Assembly: GCF_963921235.1 (NCBI RefSeq)
Contig: NC_086108.1
Span: forward strand, 101,186,001-101,250,000
DNA: 64,000 bases
Direction of reading: 5' to 3'
Origin: Mobula hypostoma
Lineage: Eukaryota
This document shows, one piece after another, positions 63,171-64,000 of this stretch; within the stretch, counting starts at the first letter, position 1; each line of letters begins with the position of its first letter. The position numbers were made by a program, and so were the translations under genes. Under the pieces are notes generated by a model. The model was not told where the DNA came from. It did not search any database and saw nothing but the letters and a program-made list of their open reading frames with translations.

Positions 63171-64000
63171 ACTCAGTGATCCAACCATACCTGGCTCTAT
63201 TTTTTCCAATATTTTTATTATTAATTTTACATATGTATACAGAGTACAAGAAAAAAAATATATCAATACATTGTACTAAACCGCATATAAAGACTCCTTA
63301 CCCTATATTCATACAGATTAATTAATTCGTAACATTGAAATATAGTAATATTATTATATTAAACAATCTAACCCACTACCAAGACCAAAGCTGATTAGTA
63401 AAGAAAAAAAGGAAAAAAAAATTATTAGTCATCATCTGTGCATTAACAGCAAATCAAAGGTTTTGAAGATAATTCAGAAAAGGTCCCCACAGTGTTTGAA
63501 AGTATTGGCTAGATTCAGAGATTAAACATCGAATCTTCCCTAAATTTTAACATGACATCACATCACGTAACCATTGAGCATGAATAGGAAGGGCCACATC
63601 TTTCTATTTAAGCAAGAGCGTTCTTCTGGCCATCACCTGGCTCTTGACACCCTGCCTTTCCAGTCTATGTGGGTTGACTTTTAGATTGTCCAAACAGTGG
63701 ATTATGGCCTTGCATTAGGATCCAGGCTTCAGCACAGCAAATCACTCTGGGCCTTGAATTTGCTATGGACCTGGATTTCGCTGGCGAAGGACCCATTCTC
63801 GTTCTTTCCGATTCGGCTTGTCATTTAGAGTGTTTCACCCTCATACACTGGTTAGTTGGTAGGAAATCGGATCTCCTCTGTCCCATCTTCTCCCCTCTGA
63901 ATCATTCACTCCAACCAGCCAGCTCCAACTCCAAGTGTGTTGACTTCGTAATGCAACAGCAGGGCACATCCCACAAATTCACTTTGCTCATTTCTTCATT

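Noticed and set aside
1..64000. CRISPR array, prokaryotic defence or retron systems, rRNA/tRNA genes
   Set aside because: No regularly spaced repeat-spacer array and no operon structure. All RT domains belong to eukaryotic LINE or LTR clades.
59693..64000. CLCA exon 6
   Set aside because: No segment encoding the expected V.EFC...H motif with splice sites was found; it presumably lies beyond the window.

Overview
Eukaryotic (vertebrate) genomic DNA. The repeat complement suggests a cartilaginous fish, which is an inference. There are no prokaryotic operons, CRISPR arrays or rRNA/tRNA genes. The one host gene is a + strand CLCA-family (calcium-activated chloride channel regulator) gene: its first five coding exons (32032-32193, 32368-32511, 46632-46782, 49694-49802, 59527-59692) splice in frame through GT-AG sites to 244 codons covering the signal peptide, the HEXXH metalloprotease domain and the Cys-rich region, and the gene runs off the window. 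Almost everything else is nested transposable elements: CR1, Rex1/Babar, L2-like, RTE and L1/Tx1 LINEs, Penelope-like remnants carrying minimal hammerhead ribozyme motifs, Tigger- and hAT-like DNA transposon derivatives, solo LTRs, and a decayed PNMA-gag Gypsy element stretched over about 26 kb by insertions. The highlight is an intact Gypsy LTR retrotransposon in CLCA intron 2 (36325-40802, - strand, 5-bp TSD, single 1301-aa ORF). It has no tRNA primer-binding site; the PBS position is instead a perfect 16-nt complement of its own LTR segment containing the AATAAA signal, suggesting self-priming and/or poly(A)-signal occlusion. Its RT also has YLDN in place of YxDD. Boundaries of decayed repeats are approximate.
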